64,000 bases of DNA, from NCBI GenBank assembly GCA_050273025.1, contig CP158635.1, forward strand, positions 26,350,001 through 26,414,000, written 5' to 3'. The notes beneath the pieces were generated by a model, which ran no database searches, had not been told where the DNA came from, and saw nothing but the letters and a program-made list of their open reading frames with translations. Shown piece after piece: positions 12,301 to 25,313 of this stretch. The position numbers and the translations under genes are program-made. This DNA comes from Cenococcum geophilum. Lineage: Eukaryota. Within the stretch, counting starts at the first letter, position 1. Every line of letters starts with the position of its first letter.

Positions 12301-15300
12301 TATAGGGATTAAGTAGCTAATAGTTAGGAAAAGTAGAGGCCTATAGAACCAGAGGGAGCTAGTAGTAGAGCCTTAGACCCTTAAAGGAATTTAAGGACAA
12401 CACCTAAATTTATAAGTTAAATAGCAAGATTAGCAGTTCGAAGCGCTAATAGATAGTAGAGTAACGCGAAACCATATCTTACTAGTAGCAGTTAAAAGGA
12501 TGGGATTACCTTATAGATAAAGGGAGGAACTTTACCTATTAGTAACGATTTTAGGAGATCTAATAGCCTATAGAGGAGGGATTATTAATCTTAAAATAGG
12601 ACCTATTTAGTTAACTATCAAAGGGAGACAAATTGAGATATCTTTTAATATCTTACTATTAGGACGGGATAAGGCAGTATTAAAAATGCCTTAGTTACAG
12701 GAATACAATCTAAAGATTAATTGGATTATAGGTTAAGTCGATATTAGAAATACTTAACGCCGTAAGGTGTAATAATAAGCCAAGTTAGTATGGTACTAAG
12801 TTGGAGTAATATATAAAGAGACTAAGTGAGGCTTAAGTCACGTACTAAAGAGATACTATAAGTACGGCAAGAAACTATAGTTACTAGAAAGTAAAAAGCT
12901 GTTAGAGTATATAGCATGGGACTATAAGATAGAGTTAGAACCAGAAATAAGTCTAAAGTTCTTTCTAATCTATAAGCTTACCGAAGAAGAAGGTAGAGTA
13001 TTAAAAGAGTTTATCTAAGAAAACCTACGAAAGGGATATATTAGACTATCGCAGTTATTAGTAGGATATCCAGTACTATTTATACTAAAGAAAAATAGCA
13101 AACTAAGGCTGTGTATTAACTATAGATAGTTAAACAATATTACCAGAAAGGATAGGTATCCTTTACCCTTAATTAGCAAGATCTAGGATTAAATAGGCAA
13201 TGCGTAAATCTTTACGAAGATAGATCTAAGGTAGGCGTACCATTAAATTAGAATTAAGGAAGGTGATAAATAGAAGGCAGCCTTTAGGTTAAAGGAAGGA
13301 CTATATAAACTATTAGTTATATAATTTGGGCTTATAAACGCACTAGTAATGTTCTAAAAGCGTATTAATAATATATTAGGAGAATACTTGGATAAATTTG
13401 TTATAGTATATCTTAATAATATTATCATCTACTTAATAACTAAGGAAGAATATAGAGAATACGTTAAATAGGTCTTAAGGAGACTATAAGAAGAACAGAT
13501 ACTAGTAGCAATTAAGAAATACAAGTTCTTTACCAGAAAGACCGATTTCGTTAGATTTATTATTAAACTAGGCTAACTTAGTATAGATCTAAAGAAGATC
13601 GAGGCTATAGTGAATTAGCAAGAACTAGAGAATATTACACAGTTAAGGTCGTTTCTAGGGTTTTGCAATTACTGTAGAAGGTTTATAGCGCAGTAGTTAA
13701 AGGATATTAAGCCATTTACGTAATTAATAAAGAAAGAAGAACTATAGGTATGGGGAGAGGAATAAAGGGAACTCTTTAAGAAAGTTAAAGAGTTATTTAC
13801 TTAGGAGCCAGTTCTTAAGATCTATTAACCAGGACTAAAGACGGTTATAAAAACGGATGCATTAGACTATATACTAGGGGCGTACTTTATATAGAAATAT
13901 TAAGATAGATAGCACCTAGTGGCATACTACAGTTGGAAGATAACACTACTAGAGTTAAACTATAATATCTATAATAAAGAGTTGTTAGGTATAGTTATAG
14001 CATTAAAGAAATAGAGAGCATTCTTATAAGGCATAGAGAAACTATTTATAGTTAAGACGGATTATAAGAACCTAATAGGATTTCTAACAATAAAGGAACT
14101 TAACTAAAGATAGGTTAGATAGGTAGAGATGCTTACAGAATACTATTTTAAGATTTAGTATACTAAGGGTACAGATAATACACGGGTAGACGCTCTAAGC
14201 CGTAAAGCTGAACTATAAAATAATAAAAAGCCATTAGGGGCTTTACTGCGAAAAGATATAGACGGATTAATTAGGTATAATTATTTAAAAATTATAGCAA
14301 CTTAAGAAAGCAGTAAACTAAAGAGAGTTTATAAAACACCGGAAAGCTTTTAGGTATAAAGAATTCTAGAAGTATAGCTAGAAGATCTATAGATGGATAT
14401 ATACAAAAACTAAAAAGTAACGTATATCCTAAGAAGTATAGCAGAGCAATTTATAAAGGAATTCTATAGGGGATTGACTTAAGGATATAATGGAGCTATA
14501 GGCTTAGTGTTAAGACTTTAAGAGGAGTATATTATTAATAGAATCTGGAGAATAGCTAGAAGGGTTATAAGGAAATATTTAAATTGCTAAAGAAATAAAC
14601 TAACAAGGTATAAGCTATATAGAGGGCTATAACCTATTAAAATACCAGAGAGACTATAGGGGGTCATATTATAGGACTTTATTATTAAGTTGCTAAAGTT
14701 AAAAGATCCTATTACCGGATAAGATTATAACGCGATCTTAGTAATAGTAAATAAGCTTATAAAGTAGGGATACTTTATAGCATATACAGAAGAAATCTTA
14801 GCGGAAGATGTCGCTAAAATCTATATTAAGGAAGTGTTTATAAGATATAGAGCACTAAGTAAAATTATATTGGATAGAGATCTAAGATTTATAGCAGCAT
14901 TTTAGGAAGTATTCTTAGCGGAGCAAGGAGTTTAAGCAGTAACTTCCACCGTATATTATCCGCAGACAGACGGTTAAATAGAAAGACTAAATTAGACGCT
15001 AGAGCAGTATCTAAGGCACTATATTAATTATATATAGAATAATTAGGTATTACTATTACCAGTTATACAGTTTATATATAATGCAACACCTTAAAAAGGA
15101 ATAGGCATATTACTATTTAAGGCAAATTATGGATATAAGCTAAGAATATCGTTATTACTACGGCAAGTAAAGAAAACGAGTAGTATAGCTAAAGAAAGAA
15201 TAAAGACGTTAATAAATCTTTATACAGACCTTATGGAATTAGTAAAGAAAGTATAAGAGAGAATAAAAAAGTACTATAATGCTAAGAGATCTAAGGGACT

Positions 15301-15742
15301 AGATCTTAAGGAGGGAGATAAAGTATAGCTACTATATAAAAATTTCAAAAGTTAATAACTAAGCAAGAAGTTGGACTACGTTAGACTAGGACCTTTTAAA
15401 ATTATATAGAGGATTTCACCGGTTACGTTTAAGTTAAACCTACTAGCTAAAATAAAGATCTACCCTATATAGTATATCGTAATGCTAAAGCCAGCATATA
15501 GGAATATTAAGCTACTAGTTTACGAAGCAGATATGTATAGAGGATAAGAAGAAGACAAATAGTAAGTTTTATAGATTGTTAGTTATAAGGACATTAACAA
15601 TAAAATATGGTATAAGGTTAAGTGGATAGGCTATACTAAGACTACCTAAAAGCCACTAAAGAATTTAAAGAACGCTATAGAAAAGGTATAGAAGTATTAG
15701 AAGAAATTAGGTCAGGTAGTATTAACAAAAAAGAATTACTAA
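9375..15742 (+). pseudogene. Gypsy gag-pol relic
   Basis: Zinc knuckle relic at about 10380-10430 (..KQGHYIRDCK). RT VLFILKKNSKLRLCINYR..RKDRYPLPLI and YLNNIIIY (=YLDD). RNase H TDALDY..NYNIYNKELLGIV. Integrase with LGPFKI. Chromodomain WYKVKWIGY..T*KPLKNL at about 15600-15670. Confidence 0.9.
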
Positions 15743-15759
15743 AGAATGAGTTACCTAAG

Positions 15760-16335
15760 GGGGACCTAAGAAGAGCAGTTGCCGAACTACTTAAATCTGT
15801 TTCCTTCTCTATTAGAAGAGAATCCGTTCTTTTATTACCAAGTTCCTATAAACCTTATTCTATAAGTTTCTACTCCTTAAAACGGACCTTCTTATAAACC
15901 TTCTTAAGACGGAGTAGATGAGTAAACGCCGCGATATAAGTATCCAGGGCCTTCTGTTCCGTATCCTAAGAACATTCTAACTTAATAAGGGCTTAAGATA
16001 GTTTACCATCTAGCCGCGTAGTAGCAGATTAAACATAAAACCCTAAGACAAATTAATTAGGGAACTAGACGACTATTAAGAGTAATAGGTCGCGTATATT
16101 TAGCATTAAAAGTAGAGCAAACGTCGCAGGACAAACGAATATTTACTTTAGTGCACTCTAAGTAAGAGGACGGTTGTCGCGAAGATAGGTTCGCCAACGC
16201 AATATAAACTAACCCCTCTTTTAAATAGCGAGAATACGGAGATGGTATAATCTCACTAAGAGATAATATTACAGTAATAGTGCAAGTACGACGTTGGGCG
16301 TATAAAGAAGAAATTGCTTTAGGTATAATAAGCAA
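15760..16335 (-). pseudogene. antisense accessory ORF of the Gypsy element, Cys-cluster plus coiled-coil, probably 2 exons
   Basis: ORF 16057-16335 reads PYSRYLKEGLVYIALANLSSRQPSSYLECTKVNIRLSCDV (Tyr TAT/TAC are one G>A change from Cys). A CTAAT..TTAG acceptor at about 16043 leads to a helical frame TRLDGKLS*ALIKLE...HLLRLKKV..E*KLIE*GL*EL. Confidence 0.6.
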
Positions 16336-17894
16336 TAATATTAACCAAATTAATTAAACGGATATTACACCTTTAATAAACGACTTAGAGATGTTTTAAA
16401 TCTTTAAGGACAAAGATAAAGAGGAGGGGGATGGTATTATGGACGCTTTAAGTACGATATTACGACTACTAGGAGAGGAGTTAGAAGAAGCTAGTTGGTT
16501 AATTTAGATATGGTCTAAAATAGAGCCGGTAGAACTATGTAATGAGGAATAGTAACTAAGGTTATATAATATGCTACGTATTAAACAAGAGGAACGGGAG
16601 GAACTTACGTATTTTACATATAAGACGTATATTACGTATAAGAAGGATTTTATAGAAGTACGGTTGTGTATTTAAGGACCCTTAGTCCCTACCTAGATAG
16701 TTCCTTCCTTATAGTGATTTTCAGAATATAATTAGAGTTAATCTGTTAGGCAACCACTCTACCAGTTATTATTGCGTTGTTAACTTTAACTCATATCACC
16801 TATACACCTAGCCCAATAACGAGCCTATCGTAGTTCTTGCTATAAGGTTCCGTTACACCTAAGTAAGCGCTATAGCTTCCCCTTTACTAGCGCCGCCGTA
16901 GCTATAGCTATAGCTATAGCCGCAGTAAGGGCCTAAGCCTAAGTAGCCGCCTAAGTAGCCGCCTATATATTATATATGCCGTATAGTAAAGTCCGTATAG
17001 GCCCTTTAGCGCAAGTAGACTAAAGGGCTTAGAGGTAATCCTTTTATAGTAGCGCTAGATTCTAAATAGAGTAGTAAATAGTAGGCTAGCTGGTAAAACG
17101 AGCTCTAATAGTACTCCCTATAGCTTAAGGTTATTAAGGAAATTAGGCGGGTCGCGTAGGCCTAAAGGGTTAGTAAGAAAGCGGCTATATAGTAAGTTAA
17201 TTAATAATAGGAGCGGATATAGTGCTTACTAAATTAGCTTTATAAATAGCTTTAAGCGGGTAGAAAAGCTTTAAAATAGTATATATATCTAACTTTTAAG
17301 AAGTCCTCTTAAAGCCTTTATTTATAGCCCCTTAGGGGCTTATTTTAGTGCGGTATAAGTTTAGTAGGGTACTTATATAATAGCGGCGCCTAATCTAAAA
17401 CGTAAATATCTCTATTAACCTATAGCTAATTCTTGCCATCCTAGTGCGAGCAGAGAGCCCTCGGACAGCTCTACGCATACTACTTAACGGGTATTAAGAG
17501 CGCGATATTACTGTGGCGTTGCTAGCGATTGAAGATCGACCGTAAATATGGGGTAATATCTATATGGCGCTAAGCGCACGGGCCTCCTACCTGCCAAATC
17601 GTAACTTAGCGGCTGATTTAGCTATACAAATCGAACCGTAGATATACTATTAATATATATAACTAGCTTTACCCCCCCCCCCCCCCCTTAGCGAGTTGCA
17701 GATTCGATATAGGCATCTAATTTCGCCTAATTGCCACCAACTGTATATAGTAATTGAAGCGAAGCCGTATGCTTAGCTGTAAGAACCTAAAGCTGTCCAC
17801 AATCGACCTTCTGTGGTATTGTAATCGTTATTAAATATTATAAGGTTTCTACCCATTCTCTACCTATCCTCTACCCGTATTATAGCTCTGCGAA

Positions 17895-18880
17895 TAGGCC
17901 TATATTAGCACGCTCTAATTAAGGATCTTCTTTAACTTAGAGCAACTTAAGTAGAGTATACCTCCGCCGCTAGTTGTATAATTCGCTTAACTTAAGCACC
18001 TTTAAATGGCGAAGGCGGCTAGTTCCTACTAAGCGATCTAATAATTGTGGTAATACTAATATAGCTAGAGAAGAAACCAACTCTCTTTAGTGACGAGTTG
18101 CAGTGGCTAATCTATAACATATTTAACGTCGTAGTAACCGCTATATAATATTTTAAGAGCTTTATTTAGCGGGCTAGATAAGGAAGCGGGTAAGCTAATT
18201 AAATCCTCTAGTATAAAGCTTAAAGAATAGCTTATATAAAGATATATTAGTAGGTAGCCCTTAAATATAGCGCTTATAATTATAACATATATTTTATATT
18301 TATATTATAGTATATTACCAATTAACTAGTATTTATAGATAAGTTAGGTGTAGACTTAAAGATAGGTGTATAGAAGGCAGGCTAGACTCCTTTTAGTATT
18401 ATACTAGTTTTATAAACGCTATATAATTAGGGTAAAATAAGGCTTAATATACTACCTATATATATAATTAATAGTATACTAATAGCCTTAGTATATAAAG
18501 GCTTAATAAATAGTAAAGGCTTTAAGTTCTAGGTAGTAAATACTTTTCTACTATAGTATAATTGCTTTCCTATTAAGCGATTAGTAGTTATAGATAATGC
18601 TAACTTCTATTATTTAGAAAGGATACAATCTCTCTTTAACGCCTTTAGCGTTAAGCTAGTATTTTTACCTCTATACTTACCTAATCTAAATCTAATTAAA
18701 GAGTTTTTTTTAAAGAGCTAAAGGCCTTTATTTAGTAGGAGTAGTACTTTTAGCTAAAGTACCTAGTAGCCTTTAGCTATAGCTTTAAAGCGTTCCTTCT
18801 TTAAAGTATAGATAAGATTAGTAGTAAGAGTAAGAGCGTAAGAGGCCATTTCTAACATAGTAGGTATAACTATTAAGGTT
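17895..18880 (+). pseudogene. Tc1/IS630 (DDE_3) transposase relic
   Basis: VFIDKLG (=FIDESG), VVIDNANFY (=DNASFH), FLPLYLPNLNLIKEFF (=LPPYSPDLNPIEEFF). Confidence 0.9.
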
Positions 18881-19539
18881 TTTAGGGTAAAAGTTACAAT
18901 TAATCTTTAGTAGCATTCTTAACTATATATAGTATTTATTATATAGGGTGTCTTTATTACTACAGGGACGCTAGCAGTAATAAAGACACTTTATATTTTA
19001 CTAATTATAATTATTTATATCTTAAAGAGCCTAAATATAGGGCGTCTTTATTACTATAATAAAGCCTTATAGGAAATACTACTGTAGACTTACTAATAGG
19101 CTAGGTATATAGGTAAACAAAAAGTTAATAACATTAATATAACTAGTAGAGTAAGTTACCTAATAGATTAACTCTAATTATAATTTAAGATTTACTATCT
19201 AAATAGAGACTATAGTCCCTTAAATATATAATACTGCGCCTAAGAAATATACTAAGTACGCTAGTATATTAATACATTAGTATATCCTCTACGTTCCTAT
19301 ATTCCTACGTTTTTACATTCCGAACTTATAATATAACTAGCTATATAACTTAGCTACTCCTTATTCTATAGCTTAATTGGTTTTAGTGCCTCCCGTACTA
19401 TTTTAATTAACCCATTTATATCTCTTTTTAGTAGTCGTACTACTGCCGATATAAGGTCCGTAATAACTACTATAGGGGCGCTAGCAGTAACAGAGATACC
19501 CTATATTTTACTAATTATTTATATTTTAAAACTTCCCTT

Positions 19540-20700
19540 AAGCTAAGTATAACGCTTATTTACCTACTTTTTTAAGTCCTTTTATAGCCGTCTTATAACA
19601 CCTAATTTAATACTAGCCTTAATAAGCTCCTTAATAGGATTAGCGCTATTAAATTTATTATATAAAAGCTCTAGGTCCCATTTTAAATTATAAGTAACTT
19701 TATACACAGCTTTAAAATTAGCCTCCTAATTAAGATTACTAGCTATACTCTACCTCTAATACTTAAAGAACTCCTTAAGATCCTTTATACGGTTAATACC
19801 TATAGGCGGTATATTAGTAATATAGGTAAGAATAATAAGGGCAATTAGCTTGCTAGTATAAAAGTAATTTATTAATATTATATTAAGCCTATAAAGCTAA
19901 TATAAAAGTAATTAATAATGCCTGGGCTATTAATTATAGAGCTCTTACTTAAGGCAGATTAGCGTACTTCTCTACTACTTTTTTCTCTTATTACTGCTCT
20001 CTTAGAAAGCCGAATAGTAAGCTTATAAGGTGGATTCTTAATATTTACAATACCTTATTAAATACTAGCTACCTATTCCTATAAGTCTTTGTTTATTAAT
20101 TTTATATTTACCTAACTAAATATATAATACCAATTGGCGTTAAGATAGTACTTTTATAGCACTAATACTTAGTAAGCTTAATTTATAAGCCTATTAAATT
20201 TATAATACTACTAGTAAGTATATAAGGCATTATATTAAGCTCTAAGCTTTATAAGGGCGTTAAAAGCTTATTATAGGTTAATTAATTATTAATAGGCAAG
20301 AGGCTGCTAGCCAATTTCTATCTAAAGTATATATAATTAAGAGGTTAATAGTTAGAGCCTTAATCTCGCTATATTTATTAGTATATTAAGCCTATATAAT
20401 AAGTTACGTATTAATCTTTTACTACTAATCTATAACTTTAGAATCTATATTAAACCTAATATTGCGAATATCTATATGCTAAGTATTAACCTTTATCTTA
20501 ATTGGCCGGAGCTTAATATAAATACTTTACTCTTAATAATATATAAATAGGAGGGACTTTAAGTTACTAGGGATTATAATATTAAAGGCTTATATTAATA
20601 AGAGTTTTGGTAAATACTAGCTCCTTTAAATATTAAATTAATAGATTATAATTATAAGTAATAAACACGCCGCCGCTAGCTCTTCCTATATTATTAATCT
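19540..20700 (-). pseudogene. uncharacterised cargo gene of Tc1 element 1
   Basis: Coding-like frame with L*E*VASI**GIVNIKNPPYKL and C-terminal KEFFKY...WDLELL...IKLGVIRRL*KDLKK*. Similar motifs occur in the cargo gene of Tc1 element 2. 5' limit uncertain. Confidence 0.5.
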
Positions 20701-20896
20701 TACTCTCTATACATAGGTAAGGTGGTGAAGTTATTTCTTTTTTATCTTTAATTATATTTTATAAAGGAGCCTAAGGAGCTAAAGAAGCTTAAATAGCTTA
20801 AGCAGCTACCTAAGAGGCTATAGCTTAATATTGCGGTATTAGTATATTTAATTATAAGTAAGTAAAATCCTATATTAAATACAGCAACTTATACGG

Positions 20897-21702
20897 CCTT
20901 AATTATTAGTGACTTAGTTAATTAAGGTATAGGCACGGCAAAAGGGACGCGTAAGCCTGTACGATTGGATTGTCTATAAATAATAATCTAAAGCTAGGGA
21001 AAGGGAAGGAGAAGAAGAGTAGCGCCGTTCGGTGTTTTATAAGATCTTTACGTCACGTAATCGCAATATACGGCAATTTGTAGTAACTTGCCGGTGCGAA
21101 GTTCTGCTAAGTTCTGCCAGTGCTGTAATATTAATTAAGCTTACTAGCTCTATATATAAGAAGTCTGCTAACTCTATATATAGTTAAACTAAGCCTTTAT
21201 ATCTTCCTTATTATCCTTATTTATAGCTTTTAAATTATTTTCTATTTCCTTAAGCTCCTTTAATATAAAGTCTAGCTAAATAGCATTATATTTACGTCTT
21301 GGCGACTATTATAGGGCACCTTAGTAAGAACTCTATAAAGGTAAAGGCGTATATAATAAGGGAGAAAGAAGGCTTCGTTAATTTTGTTAAGGTAAAAAAA
21401 CATACCTATTAATTAAGCCGCTACGCGTTTTAAAGGTGTTACGGCACTAGCAGAAAATAGTAGAACTTAGTTAGCAGAACCTAGTAGAACTTTATAGTCC
21501 TTTATACTAGCAAGTTACTATAGATTGCCGTATATTGCGGTTACGTAACGCGAAGATCTTGTGAAATATTAAGCGGTGCTACTTTTCTTCTCCTTTCCTT
21601 TCTCTAGCTTTAGATTCTTGTTTATAAACTACCAATTATATAGGCTTACGCGCGTTATATTGCCGTACTAATGCCTTAATTGCCTAAGTTGTTAATAAAA
21701 GG
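20897..21702. mobile_element. foldback/MITE-like insert with ~230-bp inverted arms
   Basis: About 20900-21130 is the reverse complement of about 21436-21700. TSD not resolved. Confidence 0.6.
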
Positions 21703-21761
21703 AGGATTTATATTAAAGGCAAATTAACAATTTTATAATACGATTTTAGATAAATATTAAA

Positions 21762-23060
21762 CCATACTTTTAGAGGTTACGCCTACTATATATAGCAGTT
21801 GTCCGGCCAACTATGACGTATAGGTCTAGTATTTGGGCCATTAGAGAATCTGAGAAAGGCCCCCCTAAATCGCTCCTTAAACCACTCTAAAAGGTCTAAA
21901 TAGCCTACCTCTAGAGTATAACAGGCGGATATAAGCAAACGGCTATAGCACTGCTTAAAAAGGAAGCTAATATTCCCCCCCTATAACTATATATTAAAGC
22001 CGCTACAATATAAAGGGCGTAAAATAAACGTAACTCTAATGTTATAAAGTATATTAAGACACGCCTAAATAAACTATAGAGGGATTTTAGGGCGCCCTAT
22101 AGGAGAACAAACTAATAACCCTAAAGTAGGGAAGATATATTAGAGAAATAGGTAAAGAAAGTAGAAGAAGAATAGTGCTGCTTTAGGGCCTAGGCCCATA
22201 TAGAGGAGGAAGGGAGATGTGTAAGAGGCTAGTAAAAACAATAGTAAGAGAGAGAAAGGAGCTAAAGTAGAGCATAAAAGAACGCTAGAAAACTATCTAC
22301 CGTAATATAACACTGGCTAAACCAACGCTGAAGAGGTGTATAGGAGTTAAAGGTATAGAGGCTAACTAAGGTAAGAGGAACCTAAGCTGTAGTATAGTTA
22401 ACGCTATAGGGGGTAAATACTTTAGGGCTCTAAGAAGGCCTAATAAAGGCAGAAAATATAATAGCAATACTCTTAAGAATAGGAATAATAGGACTAAAAG
22501 ACTGGCTCTACTAGGTGGGTGTCCTAGTAGGTAGTCTAAGATGTAAATGTGGCTGGCTAAGATAGACACCAAAATATATAATACTGTTATACCCCTTACG
22601 CACTAATTAAGAAGTAATACTCTTAGTAGCTAGTACAGAGAACTATAATATACTACTCTTAATATAAAAAGGCCTTAAGGCGGTTACCTAGTGGCTTATT
22701 AGCTAAAATATACTAAACCAGTTCCGGGTTATAAGGGAAATAGTAATAGAGGGTGGGGAGGGCGAGCAACGGGCGCCCCCTAATGACTCTATAGTGGTAG
22801 AGTAAAGTTTACGATACTAGCGCATTTGTAGGCTTGTTATAGCAGTAGTGGTTCCTAAGAAGGTTAAAAAGTAAGGTAGTAGAGCACTATAGGTGACTTA
22901 TAGGCGCCTTGTAGGCGCCTTATAGGCGAGTTCTAAAAGGCGGGGAAATAGATTATGGGGTTTTCTTAAATAGAGTTTTCTCCCTATATGTATATAAGGA
23001 GTAGTCCACGTAGGCCTAATAGGGATCTAAATCGGACGTTAAGCAATAAATAATAATAAT
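21762..23060 (+). mobile_element. Tad1-like LINE, 5'-truncated 3' fragment
   Basis: TSD AGATAAATATTAAA (21748-21761 / 23061-23074); (AAT)n tail. Same family as 39676-41927. Confidence 0.9.
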
Positions 23061-23259
23061 AGATAAATATTAAAACTTTAGTAAGTTAAGTAAGTTCTAA
23101 ATATATAGCTTTAATTTAATTGCCCCCAGCAACCAGGCACTTGGTTTTACTTTAATTACTATATATAGTTAGTAGCAATTAGGTGAAATTGGATGCCTAT
23201 ACTAAATCTATAACTCGCTAAGAGGGGGGGAAGGGGGGTAAAGTTAGTCGTGCACATTA

Positions 23260-23398
23260 CTATAGAAGGAGTATTATTTAAATTAAGTAAAAATCGCCAA
23301 TTACGCAGGCTGCGCGCAGGCTGCGTGTCAAAAAAACTCAATTACTTATTAATTACTAGCAGTTGAGGCCATCTAAAAGGGATGATATTTTGCTAATA
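23260..23398 (-). mobile_element. terminus of a TGTTGG-ended element related to 33868-35513 (probable host of the Crypton array)
   Basis: TTGAGGCCATCTAAAAGGGATGATATTTTGCTAATA and CAGGCTGCGCGCAGGCTG..AAAAAA match the reverse complement of 33868-34000. Confidence 0.65.
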
Positions 23399-24014
23399 GA
23401 CTAATACTAGTATATATAATATTCCGGAACATTTCTACCTTATTTAAAATAAGTCGTATATCGCTTTAATTAGCTTAATTTTAAATAATTTTACTTTGTT
23501 TTAAAGAGATTTAAAGCTATATTAAAATTATTATTAACTTAGTTAATTAATACACTAGTATAATAGGAGGGGATATGTAAGCCTATATAATTAGATCGTC
23601 TTTTAATAAGGATATTAAGCTAAGGAGTAAAAGGAGGTAGAGGAAAGGATATGTTTATATACATAGCACATAGGGACAGGTATTAGGATTTCTTATTTTA
23701 TATAGTTTTTTCTACCGTTTTCTTATTACCTAATAGTTGCTAGCGACTTAGCATTTTACTAAGGAGCTATATACCCCTAGCCTAGGGTTTATAAACTACT
23801 AGGATATAGTTATTAGTTTATATTAAGCTATCTAGAAAGGATTTATATAATAGAGCTATAGCGCTATAGCCTAAAGGCTATATGTGTAGTATTATATATA
23901 ATATTATAACGGCACCGTTACGAAGTCTAGTTAGGGGTTCGCTTAAGGCTCGGCGCATATATATAGACGTGTCCTTTCCACTACCTTCTACTCCTTAGCT
24001 TAATATCCGCGTCA

Positions 24015-24098
24015 GGCCGTCGAAATCGGACTCTGCACTTATATGAGGTAATAGCTACGAACCTGCTAGTTCTTAGATTTAGTAGAGCTAACGTAAAG
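24015..24098 (+). ncRNA. HDV-like self-cleaving ribozyme fold (RIP-damaged), copy A
   Basis: P1 GGCCGTC, P2 CTCTGC, P3 ACT, L3 TATATGA, P3' GGT, P1' AATAGCT (from GACGGCT), J4/2 GCTAAC, P2' GTAAAG (from GCAGAG). Confidence 0.7.
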
Positions 24099-25084
24099 AC
24101 GTATATACGGCTGCGCAGCGTCGGCGCTGCGACGTGGTAGTAGTGCGAAAATTTTCTTGCTGGGAGGGTGAGCTTTAGCAGAGGCTTATAAACATAACTA
24201 CTACGCCTTTACGTACACGTCTAGTATACTTAACTTACGGCATTTATTTTACGGCGTCCCCCTTCTTCTTATACGGTATGGCGATATACTATACGGCACC
24301 TATATATAACTATATATACCTTATAGACGGAAAACCCGCCCTATTTAGTAGCTTTAGTATCTTCCTCTAGGGCTTAAGTTGGGGCCCTAGGGCAAGATAT
24401 ATGTACTTAGCTTTTAGGGGGGCACTAGAGGACTATAAGTAGGTATATATATAACTATATATACCTTATAGGCGGAAGGCCTATAAGAGCCTTTCTTAAC
24501 CTACCTACCTAATAGCCTTAGTATCTCCCTTTAGGTTAGGGCTCTAGGGCAAAATACGCGTACTTAGCTCTTAGGAGGGTATATTAGATTAGGCTAGGCT
24601 AGGTTATTAAGTAGGAGGACTATAAGTAGGCGTATATACGTATATAGGGCAGTAAGGAGCTAGGGGTAGTAGACTTACTAATAAATAAATAATTTAAACT
24701 ATAGGTAGCTAATTAGATATTTTAAAGCTTTAAGCTTATTTATTTCGTTTAGTTAATTAAACTAGTAAACGGTTTAGTTAGGTTTAACTATTTAGATAGA
24801 TTTATATACATTTTTACACAATAATAGGAGGATTTAGGAGCTCTACGCTATAATTTAGTAATAGGCGTTTAGTGTTATACTAGGCTTAAAAGTTAGAGGA
24901 AACACAATTAATTACCCCTGGTATTAATAATAGTAAAGTCTAATTCTATTAATCTAAAGCGGCAAATCTATTAATATTAGTTACTATAATAGCGTCTAAA
25001 CGTTGTATAAGGATAGCTTACTATTAGGTAAACTAAACCTTACCATTACTTTTTATTTTTATTTTTTATATCCGTTGTATTATA

Positions 25085-25313
25085 CTACGTATAATACTAC
25101 GCATGCAGCCTCTAGGCTATAGCGCTATAGTTCTATATATATAAATCCCTTAGGGCAGCTTAATATATACTAGTAACTATATCCTAGTAGTTTATAAGCC
25201 CCTAAACTAGGGGTTTATAGTTTTTTAGTAAAATACTAAGTTATAAGCAACTACTAGGTAATAAAAAAACGGTAGAAAACTATAAGAAATAAGAAATCCT
25301 AACGCCTATCCCT
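25085..25313. repeat. unclassified ~230-bp dispersed repeat, inverted copy of 23671-23900
   Basis: Reverse-complement alignment is evident over the whole length. Confidence 0.7.

Larger units (their letters stand above)
8907..16857 (+). mobile_element. Ty3/Gypsy chromovirus LTR retrotransposon, full length, RIP-mutated
   Basis: 423-bp LTRs at 8907-9329 and 16435-16857; TSD CCTAG/CCTAA; polypurine tract AAAGAGGAGGGGGATGG before the 3' LTR; gag-PR-RT-RH-IN-chromodomain order. Confidence 0.95.
6757..17652 (+). mobile_element. Crypton copy C (~2.94 kb) interrupted by a Gypsy element
   Basis: Directly follows copy B head-to-tail. Same YR/GCR1_C relic (ATG 7094, resumes at 16863, ends about 17275). 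Confidence 0.85.
17653..23257 (+). mobile_element. Tc1/IS630-like DNA transposon 1 with ~105-bp TIRs and a second gene
   Basis: TIR at 17653-~17756 is the reverse complement of ~23153-23257; TA TSD at 17651-52 and 23258-59. Confidence 0.85.

Noticed and set aside
22366..22572. Hydrophobic ORFs 22366-22572 (-) and 40157-40429 (+)
   Set aside because: Antisense shadows of the same RIPed LINE ORF2 segment.
24015..24330. tRNA- or 5S-derived Pol III SINE head
   Set aside because: No recognisable A/B boxes, cloverleaf or 5S match by eye. The HDV-like fold explains the head better.
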